Notes: a model not told the origin generated them from the letters alone. A DNA stretch of 64,000 nt from Lepidodermella squamata (GCA_047495785.1 JBLDXI010000042.1:3782001-3846000), one strand, 5' to 3'; counted from the stretch's first letter, positions 25,136 through 38,443 are shown. Made by a program: numbers and translations.

Positions 25136-26979
25136 TTATTGAAGTTGAACGGCATTAACTGCGTTCGAAAAATTAGGGCAGTTATATGTAATTAAAACAG
25201 TCGCGTTAACAGTTCGCCTCGCTTTGCCGTAGTCTAACCGGCCCTGGCGTAAAATTTCATTGCAAGACTCGACACTGGAGTCCACTTGCCTTGAGCTATT
25301 GACGATACTTAGGGAAGGGTAAATAGGCAACCCGCATAGCAACGTGGCGCCTTGTTCGGGGTTTTGAAGCCAATCTGGCTCGACAAGGTTCGAAAAATAA
25401 GAGCTCGGATCTGATGTTTCGCAAAGGTGTTTTCCAGTAAGGGACGAAACCTAGAAAAAAATTCATATAAATTCTCGAAAAAATTCAAAATTAAAATCTT
25501 ACGTATAAAGGTTCGTTGTAGACGTCGTAGAAGTTACCAGCTATTCTAGAAAGCTTTGCCAGCATTGATTGACGTGGGCAGTAAGCTGGTGCAGGCAGTT
25601 TATAGCTGAAAAATAGGAATTTAATTTTTTCCAGGGTTTATGAAGTATTTTTACCCCATGCAGATGCTTGTGATTGTTTCCAGTGCTGACATTGGCCATA
25701 AAGATTCTTTCATAGCCACGTCTTCCTTAGCGAACAGACTCGTCCAAGACCAAGGTAGGAAAAAAATTGAGCCGGAATTGTATTGGGTGAGCAATAGGCA
25801 AGCTAGATCTTGAACGGCAGGGTTACCTGAAATTTAAAACAAAATTAATTTTTTTGAAAATTAATGAAGAATTCAACTCACAATCGGCGTTTTTATCCGA
25901 CGAAAATTTCCAAGGCATTTGGCGCTTTTTGCGAATATTAACAGGCCTCACATTTTGTTTATCGAAATAGGCGATGGTCAAATTAGCTTGATGAGCCACG
26001 TTGTTGATGGTCGAATTTTCGTTGAAAGTGCTATTCTTCTCCAGAACCGCAACGACAGGGTCCGAAGTTGTCGATAAAGGATTGAAGGTCGTAGTTGTTG
26101 TCACGTGACCAGCGTTTCTGCCCCTCGAATGCTTCCTAAAATGCCCCATTTTATCGTCTCTCAACACATTTTGAGGCGGCTGGAACGGGTGCATCATTCG
26201 AGATAGGCGAATCGGTAATTTTGGCCGTAACGGGCGGGAAAAAATCCATGGAACCGGCGCGAGTTCTTGGTAGTGATGTTGCGGCTCCAGAATAACGGGG
26301 ACAGCAGCATATACTGGCGGGGTTGTACTTATTCCAGTTGGCTCTTCAACATCCTGATGAATCACCTGGTACTCGATAACCTCGAACGGTTCCGGGATTT
26401 TAACCGGTTGCGTTGTAGTAGTCGAAGTTGTAGCTTCGGTTGTTTCGGTAACCGGCTCCGGGGTGGTTGTTACAGGGTTCCTAAACAACTCGCCCGTGTT
26501 AACGAGTTTAACCCAATCAATATTTTTCGCCGTTTGTCCAGTTTCGCTGTTTTGAGTCATTTTCGTGTAGGGAGTAATTTTTTGAATTAATAACCGATTT
26601 TTCCAGGCTGAACGAAGGGCGACAAATAGGTGTTCGCTTCTCACCCCGCCGAAATCTGGCTCGCCCAATTTCGAAAGGGAGTCCCGTAAAATTCTACCAA
26701 AATTTTCGTAATGGGTCCGGATGGCTAGTATCGTCTCAGCATGATTTGCACTATGGGCGTTGAAAACTGAATCTAAAATAAATTCGATTTATTAATTGCG
26801 TGAAAAATGTCCGTTTCTAGGTCAAACTCACTGTGCATGGTGTGTTTCAATCCAACGGGCATATTTTGAATAGAATCAGCCGATAAGTACATCCAATACG
26901 CTGCCGATCCAACCGGGCCTTCGATAACGTGTAACAACAACAATAGGGTGGCCAAATAGGGCCACGGTGAAAACCACAT
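25136..26979 (-). CDS. Orphan secreted precursor: signal peptide, Thr/Pro-rich pro-region, RKKR furin site, Cys-containing C-terminal domain (5 exons)
   Basis: MWFSPWPYLATLLLLLHVIEGPVGSAA signal; in-frame GT-AG joins; RKKR|QMPWKF followed by a domain with 8 Cys ending at TAA 25136. Confidence 0.7.
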
Positions 26980-27607
26980 GGTTTTCGAAAAATAATAATA
27001 ATAATGTGTGTTTTTCAGGTTGAAATTCGACAGAGTCAAAAACGAGGCTTTTTCTTGTATGTTGTTTGAGATGTCACCGCATGCCGAAACAATAACAATA
27101 TTATGTATCAGCAGCCGAGCGTGCGATTTCAGCTCACCTTTGGCAAACAACGGCGCCTACAAAAGAAGCCGTCATGGCAATTACGAAATTTCGCACATTT
27201 TAAATTGTCGACGCGCCATCTAAAATAATGTAACAAAAATAGACAGAAAATTTTTCGCGCAAGTAACTATATATATTGCTGCTCTGTTCGGTGGGATGAA
27301 ACTCATGATGAGCCGCAATATGATGGTTGCATGTGTGAGTAGTCACCGAGTGAGCGAGCGAGCGAACGGGTGTGCGAGTGTGTGCGGTTGAAATAAAAAC
27401 AAGGTCATCGTGTTTGCACGCTTCAAGGTGCGAGAAGCGCGCACTTCTAGTACCATATGCCGAGTTTGTTCAAAGCTCATCATCGGTAAAATATTATTAC
27501 CGTGTTATTTGTCAACATTTACCTGTCTATTTATCAACTCACAACTTGCCAGCTTAATAATTAACACAATAGCTTATATTTGACAATTTGATTTCAATTC
27601 TTCAAAT

Positions 27608-28754
27608 TTATTGAAGCCACTCAATAATGTCGAAAACGAGGCAAAACACGAAAATAACAGCTGAGAATTTAGTCTTCTCCGCATTATTGCTTCTCGCATT
27701 GGGGAATAGGAATTTGTCTCCTCCGGGCAAAAATCTTGCGAAATATCGAACAGGGTCATTGCGTTTTTTGTTCAGCTGAAAGCCAGCTAATTGGGCTGGG
27801 CTGTCCGAGGCCGGTTGAAATTCTTGAATTCGAAAATGAACGTAGTCTGTGCCGTTCAGAAGAACCTACGATTTTTACAAAAATTAAATTTCAATTAAAT
27901 TTCAAAATTAAATTTCGAAATTCAAAAATTTCAATGAATAGGCCATTTGAATGAATGCTAGGTATTCATCATAACAATGTTGGAAATTTAAAATTTTCCA
28001 TTTTTTCAAAAAATGTCGAATACAATTTCAAAAATTTCAAATTTATATCTTTTTGGTAAATTCATTAACAAATTTGAAGATTTTATGAGCTAGTTACCTT
28101 GACAAAATAAACAATGACTTTGCCCTCAAGGTCCGACACTTCTTTGAACGAAATCGCCTCGAATTCTTTTGTCGCTTTCCCGTTAATAACATTGAAAGCC
28201 GGCATGACCTGCCCGACCAAATCGTTCATTTTTCTCGTCGCTAATTTCGGTTCAGCTTTGTTAAGCTGTTCAATCCTGCCCAGCAGCTCGTTCGATTCGC
28301 CGCTAAATGGCTCTAATTTATCCAATATTGTCAGATCGGGTCGATAGGCCTGAAGTTGGGGACCGGCTTCTTCGAATAATCCCCTAACTCGGGGCGGATC
28401 GTCGTGAATTCGGAGGTGATAAACTAGGTCATCACGCCGATCTAATCGCACCTTGACAATATAGTTTTTCCCAACAACTTCGTCCTAAAAAAAATAAAAA
28501 ATTGAAAAAAAATTAAATTATTCCTCGAAATCTATTACTTGAGAAATGTAGCTGATTGCTTCCAATCGATTGTGGTTTCGATGCCCGGCTTTAGCGGCAA
28601 AATCCTTGTCAATAGCATCGACCATAGTCTGAACTCCGTCTACATTTTCCACCGACTTCTCCCGGCTGTAATACGCCTGTTGAACGGCGTAACAGCTGAA
28701 AATCGCGAATTTTGAAGAGAGGCAGATAGTAATAAAAATTATTGAGACTCGCAT
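27608..28754 (-). CDS. Secreted two-domain stefin-like (cystatin) protein A with hydrophobic tail
   Basis: Signal peptide; ISYISQDEVVGKNYIVKV...HLRIH; second domain FEAISFK...YFVKV...HFRI; tail FSAVIFVFCLVFDIIEWLQ. Confidence 0.75.
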
Positions 28755-29087
28755 GATTTTTCATCTATAATAATAACGCAAATGCGTTTTTCCTCATTTG
28801 TTGATGATGCTGATGATTCGGCACCTTGCAATGCGCTTCAGCCGGTGCTTTTGTAAACCAATATCGACGGTTTTATATTGTTATTTTAAGGCCGATTCAA
28901 CGCCATTATCAGTGTTGGATAACGGACTATATGATGGGGCAATTTTTTTATATTAACCTGTACCTATGTTTATTTTAAGGTAATGCTTCATTATCGTCCG
29001 AAAGCTGATTACCCAAGGCAGAACCACGTGATGATGCGATGATAAGAATTTTTATTGATAGTTTTTTTTGTAAAATAGTGCGAATTA

Positions 29088-30424
29088 TTAAAGAATGTAG
29101 GCAACAAGCAACAGAGCATGAGGTAGTAGTCGAAATTGATTTGATGGCGCCGAAGATTCGAGCATCATTGAGGCAGCTGGACTTTCGAGCTTGGGCAAAT
29201 ATTTTGCGAAGTAAACGATGGGTTCGTCGATTTTTTTCCGGAATTGATAGCCCAACAGCTCAGCATTGCTAAAGGCTTCGTGGGGATATTCGTGGATGCG
29301 CAGGTGAGCACACAAGGAGGCGTCGCCATTAATTCGAACCTTTATTACAAAAAAAAAATTTAAAATTTAAAAACTTCGAATTTTTTTTTTTTTATAATTT
29401 CGTTGTTTTGCTATTTTAACAGATCTAGAATATAAAAAAGCATAAATTTAGATATTTCTTATCGTTACGGCGAAAAAACAGCAACTTCGCGAAACAGCGA
29501 ATGCGACAAAACAGCAAATTTTTTATTTCGCGACAAAACAGCGAAAACTTTCTATGTAAAAAGGTGCATCGTGTTTCTGCTGTTATGTCGCAAGTTTAAA
29601 AGTTGCTGTTTTGTCGCGTTTGCTGTTATGACGGTCTGCCTTCTTATCGTGTCCCAATTTTTTAAAAAAAATTTTAAATTTCAAGGGTGAGTGCGAAATT
29701 ATTCTAAAAATTATCTGAAAATTAATTCTTATTAATTATGAAAATTCAGAATTTTGTTGCGGTCGAATAATCAATTAATTTCCCCTAACCTTGACGAAAT
29801 AAGCTGGGTGCTGGAATAGTCCACCTTGATCTGACATGACCTTGAAAGAAATTGCTTCAAATTGGCGTATCGTAATGCCACTCATATCTTCAAATTTATG
29901 AATCACATCAGCCACCAAGGCGCCAACTTGGCGCATTACAGGCGACTTTGCTTTTTGCCTGTTGAACAGCTGAATTTGACTGAGCAACTCCTCAGACTCG
30001 GCTTCGAACGCATCGAGCTGATCGTAAGGCGACAAATCAGGCCGATACGCTTGAATGAACGGGCTGTCGTCCTCGAAAAACGGCCGCGGGTCGTGGATTC
30101 TAATATGAGCAATTTTGCCAGCTTTTCCAAATTTCACCTTGACAATATAGGTGATGCCAAGGGCTTCCTGGATAATCAAAATAAAATTATAAAAAAAATC
30201 AAGAGAAAATAACTCACCATTGCGATGTAACTAATCGCTTGAAAACTGTGCTTTCCATTTAAATTTGTGAAATTGAAAAATCTGGATTTAACTATCTCGA
30301 GCAAATCTTGAACTCCATCGCCGTCGTGGACAGGTTTTTCGTGGCCAAAACTGCGTGAATTTTGTCCCAAAATCGCGTTGTCCGTTAGAATTATCGTAAA
30401 AATCAGCGATATTTTAAGAATCAT
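29088..30424 (-). CDS. Secreted two-domain stefin-like protein B with GPI-like tail
   Basis: Signal peptide; AISYIAMEALGITYIVKV...HIRIH; second domain; tail SSAPSNQFRLLPHALLLVAYIL. Confidence 0.75.
29466..29640. mobile_element. Possible small MITE in the last intron of stefin gene B
   Basis: aaacagc repeats facing gctgtt repeats, flanked by a 10-bp direct repeat TTCTTATCGT (29456-29465 and 29641-29650). Confidence 0.45.
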
Positions 30425-30959
30425 ATTTAGTAGCTGTAAAACGCATGTTTTTCACTTGTATAATACATTATATGGCCAGGTTTTTATCTGATTAAGTACC
30501 GAGACCGGTTTGTTTTAGGCGCATACATAATATGAGATAAATCGGCTCAGATGCGCTGTTAATAATGTAACAGGGCGGGCTGATGATGAATATTTTTGAG
30601 CGATGATGTGCGCTTTTTGCCCATGCGATGCATGTGCGCGTTATCTCGTGGGATGTTAAGCATCAAGCCTGAAGCGTATATTTTACGCCCGTTATCATCG
30701 ATACAGGAAGGCCTAAAACAATCGTTAAGCATGGAAATAGGTTGTTCCTTAATCGAAGCTATTATCTTATGATTTATCCCCAAAGATAATTTTTTCAAGA
30801 AAATAATGGCTCAGAGAAATTGTGTTTTAGCATTGATCAGCGCTTCAAAAAAATTGGGACAATTTTCACTATAAGAATTATCGATTTTTCGGCTGTTTTC
30901 TTTACGCTGTCTCAGATTTGATAATAAACTTTCAATTATTTTTATTTTCGAGTTCACGA

Positions 30960-32134
30960 TTATTTATTCATTCCAATGTAATAAAATAAACATAAAAATT
31001 GGCAGTATATCAATGGGCTATGTACATTATTTATCAAGGCTGGCGATATAGCTGCGGTTGGTGACGAAGACGATGACGAAATTTGAAAGGATAGCATCGG
31101 TTCAAAGTACGGCAGGTATTTAGCAAAATATTCAATTTTATCGTCATGCGATCGGCGAAACTGAACACCAGTCAGTCGCGAGTTACCGCTACAACCCGGC
31201 AGCGGCTCGTGAATTCGCATATGTACGATTTCATCGTCATCCAGTGACACCTAAAATGAAAAAATACATGATTAAATAAGAAAATTGTTACACTAGAATT
31301 TTCAAAGAGATTATATGAATATTAAAATTAAATTGAAAAAAATTGAAAATTTTTGAAATTCACTTTTTGAAATATTTAAACTTTTTAATTAAATTAACTA
31401 AATTAGCTAAATTTAATTAAATTTTAATTATGAGTGCACAAATGAGGGTAAAAAATTAGCAAATTCAAATCTTTGGATCTTTGAATAAAATGGAATATCC
31501 CAAATTTCACCTTAACAAAGAAAACATTGTGCCAGAATCGGCCGCCTTCGTCCAGCGCAGTCTTGAAGCTAATCGCATCAATAATTTCACGCGTCGCTCT
31601 GTTGTAGAGCCGATGAAAATCCGGCATTATGCGCTCCACCATTTGCACGATGTTATACCCAGCCGTAAGTGGTAGCATCGCGTTTATATCTGGAATTTGA
31701 TTGAAAAAATCTAGCGTCTCAGGGTCGAAAGGTTCCAGTTCATCGGTTGATTTCAGACCGGGTCGATACGCTTGAATAACCGGATTGCGGTCGAAATAAG
31801 GCCACGCGTCGAAAATTCGAAGATGAACATAGCTACCGTCGTCATCTCTTCTCACTTTTACAACAAAATTTGTACCTAAAACCACCTGAGAAAATTTTTA
31901 GATAATTTTATAAATATTTAATTTTTTTACCTGGCTTCGGAAACTTATTGCTTTTAAACTTGGAGAAGCATCAGGCTGGCTGAGTAATTTGAAATATTCC
32001 TTCTCCACTGAATCAACTATTTCTTGAATGCCATCGCCCTCCTCGACCAACTTCTCAGGCCCGAAAGCTGACGGCCTCAAAATGCTGCTACTGGTAACTG
32101 TTAGAAAGTTGATGGCCAAAGTCAATAAAATCAT
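30960..32134 (-). CDS. Secreted two-domain stefin-like protein C with hydrophobic tail
   Basis: Signal MILLTLAINFLTVTSS; SFRSQVVLGTNFVVKV (QxVxG); HLRIF; second domain HMRIHEPLP; Ser-rich linker then hydrophobic end. Confidence 0.8.
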
Positions 32135-32259
32135 TCCTATATATAAGAATAAACGCTGATGTGAGGTTTCACGGCGTCTTTTGATGATCGATTTGGTTGG
32201 TGTTAATTGGACTGCGGTAGAAAATGGAGAAGGGGCAATTGTAGGTAATGAATCCTTAA

Positions 32260-33163
32260 CACATTGACTGTTATATACACACATGTGTGTATAAGTTTAC
32301 TATATAGTGCCCCATATACACACATGTGTGTATAGATCGCTATCTCCATTACCATGAGGGTGGGATGAGTCAAATTGACAGGTTTACCTAATTATTGGGC
32401 CTAGATCAATAATCTGCCATCAGATTCGGACCATCACTCACAGAAATAGGTGATTTTAAAAATCGATAATTATCGATATCGATTTCGATACCAAAACAAT
32501 TTTTCCGAATTTTTTAATTATCACCACTGGAAAGAGCATATTCGATTTTACTTAAAACAGGTGAATGATCAACAATTAAACAAAATTCCATTTAGAGAAA
32601 AAATCGTCATTTTTCAAGCTGATGTTTTATCCAGCATTTTTTACAGACGGCTATTAGGCATGTCTGACAAAATTCTGATGTCGCTTTTCTTAGGCCGAGT
32701 CTTTTACAAAGCTGACAATCTGTTCGTTTTCTTCGGCCATCAGGTCCTCGTTCTTCTTTCACCTTCCTTATAGAAATTCCGGCGAGAAATCCCGCGCACG
32801 CTTTGTTTGTTTAGCTCTTGACATTGATTGGTTGACAACAATGATACAAATTTCAAATCAAAATTTGAAAATGAACTCAACAAAACCAAATTCACACTTG
32901 TGTGAATAGTATTCTAGAAAACGTTCATTGCAACATATGTCGGCTCACCACATACACACATGTGTGTAATTCACACAAACATCCATGTACACCATACACA
33001 CATGTGTGTATTTACAAAAATCGTTATTACGTAATAAACGTGACGATCCGGATTTTTTGATATGTGCCAAAACTTTTGTATTGATGTCCTCTATCGATTA
33101 AGAAAAAAAAATGGGGGGGTGTCTGAAAAGTGCATTTTTGCAAAACCCCCAGGAGCCAGTGTG
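32260..33163. mobile_element. TTAA-flanked non-autonomous element with subterminal palindromes
   Basis: TTAA|CACATTGACT ... AGCCAGTGTG|TTAA (8/10 inverted match); four copies of the palindrome TACACACATGTGTGTA, two in each half. Confidence 0.65.
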
Positions 33164-34251
33164 TTAAAAAAAACAACCGGCATCAAGTTTCCTATAAGGG
33201 CCTTTTTTGTCTAATTGGGTATAGGGTGAGAAAAAAATAAGAAATATACTTAAATGAATGAAAAACTGCTCAGCTCCTATCAGTATAGATAAATGTTCTG
33301 TTTCAGAGATCTTCGGCGGCTAGCGTGATTATTTTAAGTTAGGATATCCGACCATCATCTGTGTTTTACGGGAAGGAAATACAAACGTTTAAAAGATCGA
33401 TGAATCCTAATACCTTTTATCACGGCGCCGAGTGACACTTTATCCCTATTGTCCATGGTTATAATTTCGAAATATTTTGCGGTAAAAAAATCGAATTATA
33501 AGCATTTAATTCCCATACGTATAACTCTTGCCAGGGGATAGCAGACGCTTTTTTCCGCTCAATTGTTTGCTTTTTTAACGAGCAATAAAATCGATCGATT
33601 TATATGCAAAATTATTTAGTTGTTGGCAACTATGTCAGTGATAAAATTAAATTAACTGAATTAAAAAAAGGTTTTTTTTAATTATTAAAATTGTTTTATT
33701 TTAAATTAACATTTTAAGGAGTCTTCAATATTGGCCGAAGAAAATTTCAAATATCTCAAAATCAATATATATCTTTGGCGACTTGGTGCTCAAATGTTGA
33801 GCGAAAAATTGAGCATCGTTAAAAATGGAAAGAAACATTATTGCGAATAAAATTTTAATAAGGGCCTCAAATGCCATATTAATGATATTTTCAATAAGAA
33901 CTCTCTTACCTGGTCGATGGAGCGTGCTAACCGAAATAGGTCATTACGACGGATCTCTGATGGGAAAATCGTTGAAATAAACACATTACTAGACGTCGAT
34001 TTCAGTTCACGAAAACAATCGGATCGATAACGGCTTACCATCTAATCCGTAAAGCCTCAAAAGATGCCGAACCTCATTTCTCATCATTCATCCACAGCGA
34101 AAAACAAGAATTTCAGTCAATATTTCGAGAAATATTTCATTATTTATTATTTTAAAATTTATATCAAGGTAAATAACAATAAATTAGGGCCCATCTTGGG
34201 AAAGTAAGGAATTTTTGAAAATGATGGAAAAAGTTCAAATTGCGCGTTTTC

Positions 34252-35184
34252 TTAATCTCGGGCTGAGTGATAAATAGAGACGAGTGACGAATAAACTGCA
34301 CTCAGAAAACTTCCCACCGAAAATCGATTATGCTGATGCTGGGATTTCGGCTTATTCTGGTTTCTAACACCGCTGCCGTTGAAATAATCAATTTCATCAC
34401 CCAGGGATTTGCTGGCTTGAAAACCGACCAACTGAGCATCGCCTTGTCCGGGCCTCGGAACATAAATGCGCAGATGAACATGCTCGCCATTGGTATTAAC
34501 GCGAACCTAATAATAGTAAATTGATTAAAATTCCATCTCGGCAAGAACAAATAGGTCTCACTTTAACGAAGAAATTTCGACCATTTACGACCTGGCTCTT
34601 GAAGGAAATCGGTTCAAATTCCTCGGTAGCCGAACCGAATTGGCGATCGAATTGTGGCCTGATTTGTTCTATGATTGTCTTAACCTCTTCGTCCACTTCC
34701 TTTGTCTCTTTGCCGATACCTCCATGTCTAGCTGGAACAGGTTTCAATAGGCTAGGTGCTTCAACAGATTTCACTGCTTCAATAGGGTCGCTCATTGTTA
34801 GGCCAGTCTTAAAACCATGGAGTTCAGGCTGCAGCGACGTATGCGGGAGAGGGACATAAATTCGAATATGAGCAACCTCTGTCTCACTCAGTTTAACCTT
34901 AACCACATAATTCATGCCGGCAACAACCTGAAAAAACATTTGACTTTCGTCTTTTTTTTAATTTGTATTAAAACCTGTGAGATGTACGAAACAGGTTCGA
35001 ATTGGCTGACATCCGAACGACCGGCCTGCGATAGGAAGGATGCTTTTACGGCGTCGATGATTGCTTGGATGTCGTCTGCGTTTTCGGAAGTGACAGTTTT
35101 CTCAGCACTAAAACCTCCAGCACGAATGATGCCAGCATTCACTAGCCCCAGGTTCAGCACCAATAACAGGGTAAAGGTCTTCAT
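34252..35184 (-). CDS. Secreted two-domain stefin (cystatin A/B-like) protein D
   Basis: Signal peptide; N-terminal GG; canonical SQVVAGMNYVVKV and SQVVNGRNFFVKV; HIRIYVPLP and HLRIYVPRP; DEIDYF end. Confidence 0.88.
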
Positions 35185-35838
35185 GGTATATAAAATCCGC
35201 TTTCGAAAAACAATTGATTGTTATTTTTGAGGTGTGAATTGGTTGTGAACTTATGTTGACCTTTTTATACTCAATTTATGCTGTTTAAATCATGATTAAT
35301 AGGTTTGGAAGGTATAGGGTTATGCTATAAAAATAAGGATAACGTAATTGATATGCGGATAGTAATGTTAGCTGGTCCCCGAACTGTCTAACATCGATGC
35401 CAAATATGTAAATTATTAGCACCAGGCATTCATTTTTGATCCGAAAATAACATTCAAATTATTTGTAATCAACAATTAAAAGGGTCGTGAATGACTGAAT
35501 TTGATCGCTCAACTTGATAAACAAAAAGGAATGTTATTGCTAATTGATAATTTAGTTTGCCAGTTTCGAAAATACTCTCTGACTCATCAATAAAAAGAAG
35601 TCTCGGAAACGCTGATTACTTTGAAATCTAAAAGCAAAGTTTGATTCACGAAAATGAAGGAAATCGAGTTACTCCTTTTGATCAATTATGAATTCAAGCT
35701 TATCTTTGCTTCCATAACAGGTCTTGACGAGTCATAGATTGAAGGTCAAAACATTGATTCATTCTTATGACAACACTCATTCGAAGACAAATAATTGATC
35801 ATACATTTTCATGTCACCAGGACTGCGTGGAACTAAGC

Positions 35839-36457
35839 TCAAACAACAAGAAAAGCAGATGCTACAAAGGCGATAATGAAGACTACATTCAAAGCAGATA
35901 CTACAGCAACAGCTGAATTTGCCTTCTTGAGCGCCTTCGCCAACTCTGCCTCGGAGTTGCACAGGCTTGAGCTGCAACATTGGAGCGTATAGGTAACTCT
36001 GTCGTAAATTGCTTTCCCGGCTTTGCATTCACTCTCCGTTGCACATCTTCGCTTCACCTCTCCTTTCGGGCCGATTTCTTTCTGAAACAAAAGCCAAAAA
36101 GTTCGGTCCAAATACATACATCAATTTGATGAAATTTACCGAGCAGAAGGTCGAATCCTTACTGCATTGCTCCTTTTTCCCATCGCTGATGATAGGTTTT
36201 GTGTTGTTCTGACCAGCCGGGGCTTTTATTGGCTCGCAATTGGAGCATACATGGCACGTCAGCGGCTCCTGTTTTGGTCCTTTCGTCGAAGTCGCAGATT
36301 GAGTGAGTAAGTTCTTGTTCGACTTGACTGCTGTTTCAATCTCAACATTCGTATTCACTGCGACTTCGTATTCGTTGCTAGTCGCATCGGCGTGGCATGA
36401 CGACAAGACCAACGCTGCCACCGCGAAAGTTAGGCTGATTTCCCTCCAGTAGGTCAT
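35839..36457 (-). CDS. Ly6/uPAR three-finger protein, probably GPI-anchored (2 exons)
   Basis: Signal peptide; LTCHVC...C...C..FCS|KE...RRC...C...CCSSSLCN; C-terminal NSA plus hydrophobic tail. Confidence 0.85.
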
Positions 36458-37079
36458 GTGAGACGGGTTATTTCGGCAAAAATCTGGGTGTGAAAAATGG
36501 GAGTCTGAGTTGTGACTCTACGCGCAGCTGCTCGACTTGGCGTATGGTCTGGAATACGCTAGTTTTATCCTGCCTTAATCCGTTCGCCAGACACATCATT
36601 TGCACGTGCGATTTCGCTTTATGAGTTCCATCATGATTTATTCTTCCTTAGTGTAGGGTTTATCGCAGTGACTGAAAGTGAGGCATTTCGTAGCGGAGTC
36701 AGCATTCAGCATGTTTTGAGAAGTTGAAATCACGGAGAGACGATGAGTTAGATGAAAAATCCGTATTATATACCCTGTACAAGGATTTGCGTTAAATGAA
36801 ACAGTCTAACTTATAAAGAAGATTTCTTAGGATTGTATCGCTGAGAAACTTGTCTGTCTTGTCCTTTCTCCATGGATAATCTTCTTGTCAAAGCGCATGT
36901 GATGTTTACGAGTTGCATCATCCTAATGCTTAGCGGATATAGATTGAATTAATCGAATGAAATCGTTAGAAAAAAACAGCTCACAGACTTGATTCTCTGA
37001 GAATTACTCTCTAATTAGGCTTGCGGACAGATTTGGATGACCAATGAAAGATTTTTCTATTATTTGGCATGACTTTGAC

Positions 37080-38443
37080 ATGAAAACATCAGTTTTTAAA
37101 GCTACATTAATGGTTGCTCTGATCACCCTGAAAGCAACTAATGCAGCGGTTGAGAAGTCGAATAACAGCTCTGCCGTTCAGCTTATTAGCGTACCTTCCA
37201 GGAAGTTTCGCTCAAAAAGCGCTGAAATATGGAATTTTCTCACTGAAGCCTGCTCGTTGCAGGACAGGCTTCGACCTGCCGCTGATAATGAAACTGTCAA
37301 CATCGAACTAGCATTCAACATGCATAGATTTTACGAAGTCAACAGCCGTGACGAGACATTCAGCATACTAGCCGATATGACAATTACATGGTACCATCCA
37401 TGTGTCTATTGGGGTGATGATTCGGAGACGGAACATTGGGCATCGGTCAACGAAATAACCGTTAGCCCTTCCCTCCTATGGCAACCAATTATTCAACATC
37501 TTAATGCAGTCAGTGAAATCTACTCTCTTCAAACGTGAGGGTTTTTCGTGCTTCCTTTCATTTGTTTAAATTATAACATTTTAGACTTGGGTCCTATAAC
37601 ACAATTTACATCTATAAGGATGGCATGTTTTACTGGTTACCAACGGGTCGAATCCAATCATACTGCCAGCTGAGTTTGGCTTAAGAACTGATAATAGATT
37701 AAAGCTTGATTCTCTGCTTTATTCCAGATTTGAGAAATTTCCCGTTCGATACGCAAATATGCTCACTCGAGTTCGAATGTTGGGATCACGCCGGCATCGT
37801 TAACATTTCTTCTGCTACTCTCTTCGTTAGCAACGCTTCAAGTTTTTTGGACGAAGGTTCTCTTTGGGGTCTGATAGACCTCCATACGATCACCTATTAT
37901 AAAGTCTACGCAGAGGAACCGGAGAAGCAGTTCAGCCACGTGACGTACAAGCTGCATCTGAAACGCCTGCATTGGCACTACCTCAACTCGATGATTTTCC
38001 CTCAGACGGTTCTTAGCGTTCTGCAAGTCGCCGCTCTGTTCCTAGAGCCTAAGCACCCCGACCGACCAAGCTATGCGATAACGGTCTTACTTGCCTCAAC
38101 ATTTCTTCAGGTTGGATGATTTCAAAAATCAATTAAAATACATATTTTTCCAATGTAGGGTACAGTTTCAGAGGAAATACCTCAGACTTCTGAAACTGTG
38201 TTAATCTCGCTCAACATTTCCGTCATGTTCATCTTCGGCGGAGCCTTGACTTTTTACTGCTTGATAACTAGTTTCATTTATAAATTTAAAAGCTTTCGAA
38301 AGAGTGTCGTTGTTTTGCCAATAATCAATGTCTCCGTTCGTAGGATCAGATTCCTCGATATTTTGGCAGGAATTATCATAGGTATCGCAACTATTCTAGT
38401 AAATGTCACAACTTATCTGTTTATTTATTTTGACGTTAAATAA
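37080..38443 (+). CDS. Divergent Cys-loop pLGIC subunit without a lectin extension (4 exons)
   Basis: Signal peptide; LRP; WQPIIQHLN; spliced Cys-loop CQLNLRNFPFDTQIC; PDRPSYAITVLLA at M2; IPQTS loop; short M3-M4 linker. Confidence 0.88.

Noticed and set aside
25136-25930. TGF-beta-family ligand call for the RKKR precursor
   Set aside because: The mature region lacks the cystine-knot Cys pattern.
32270-33010. CRISPR-like array from repeated TACACACATGTGTGTA palindromes
   Set aside because: Only two pairs with irregular spacing, in a eukaryotic context with no cas genes; better explained as transposon subterminal repeats.
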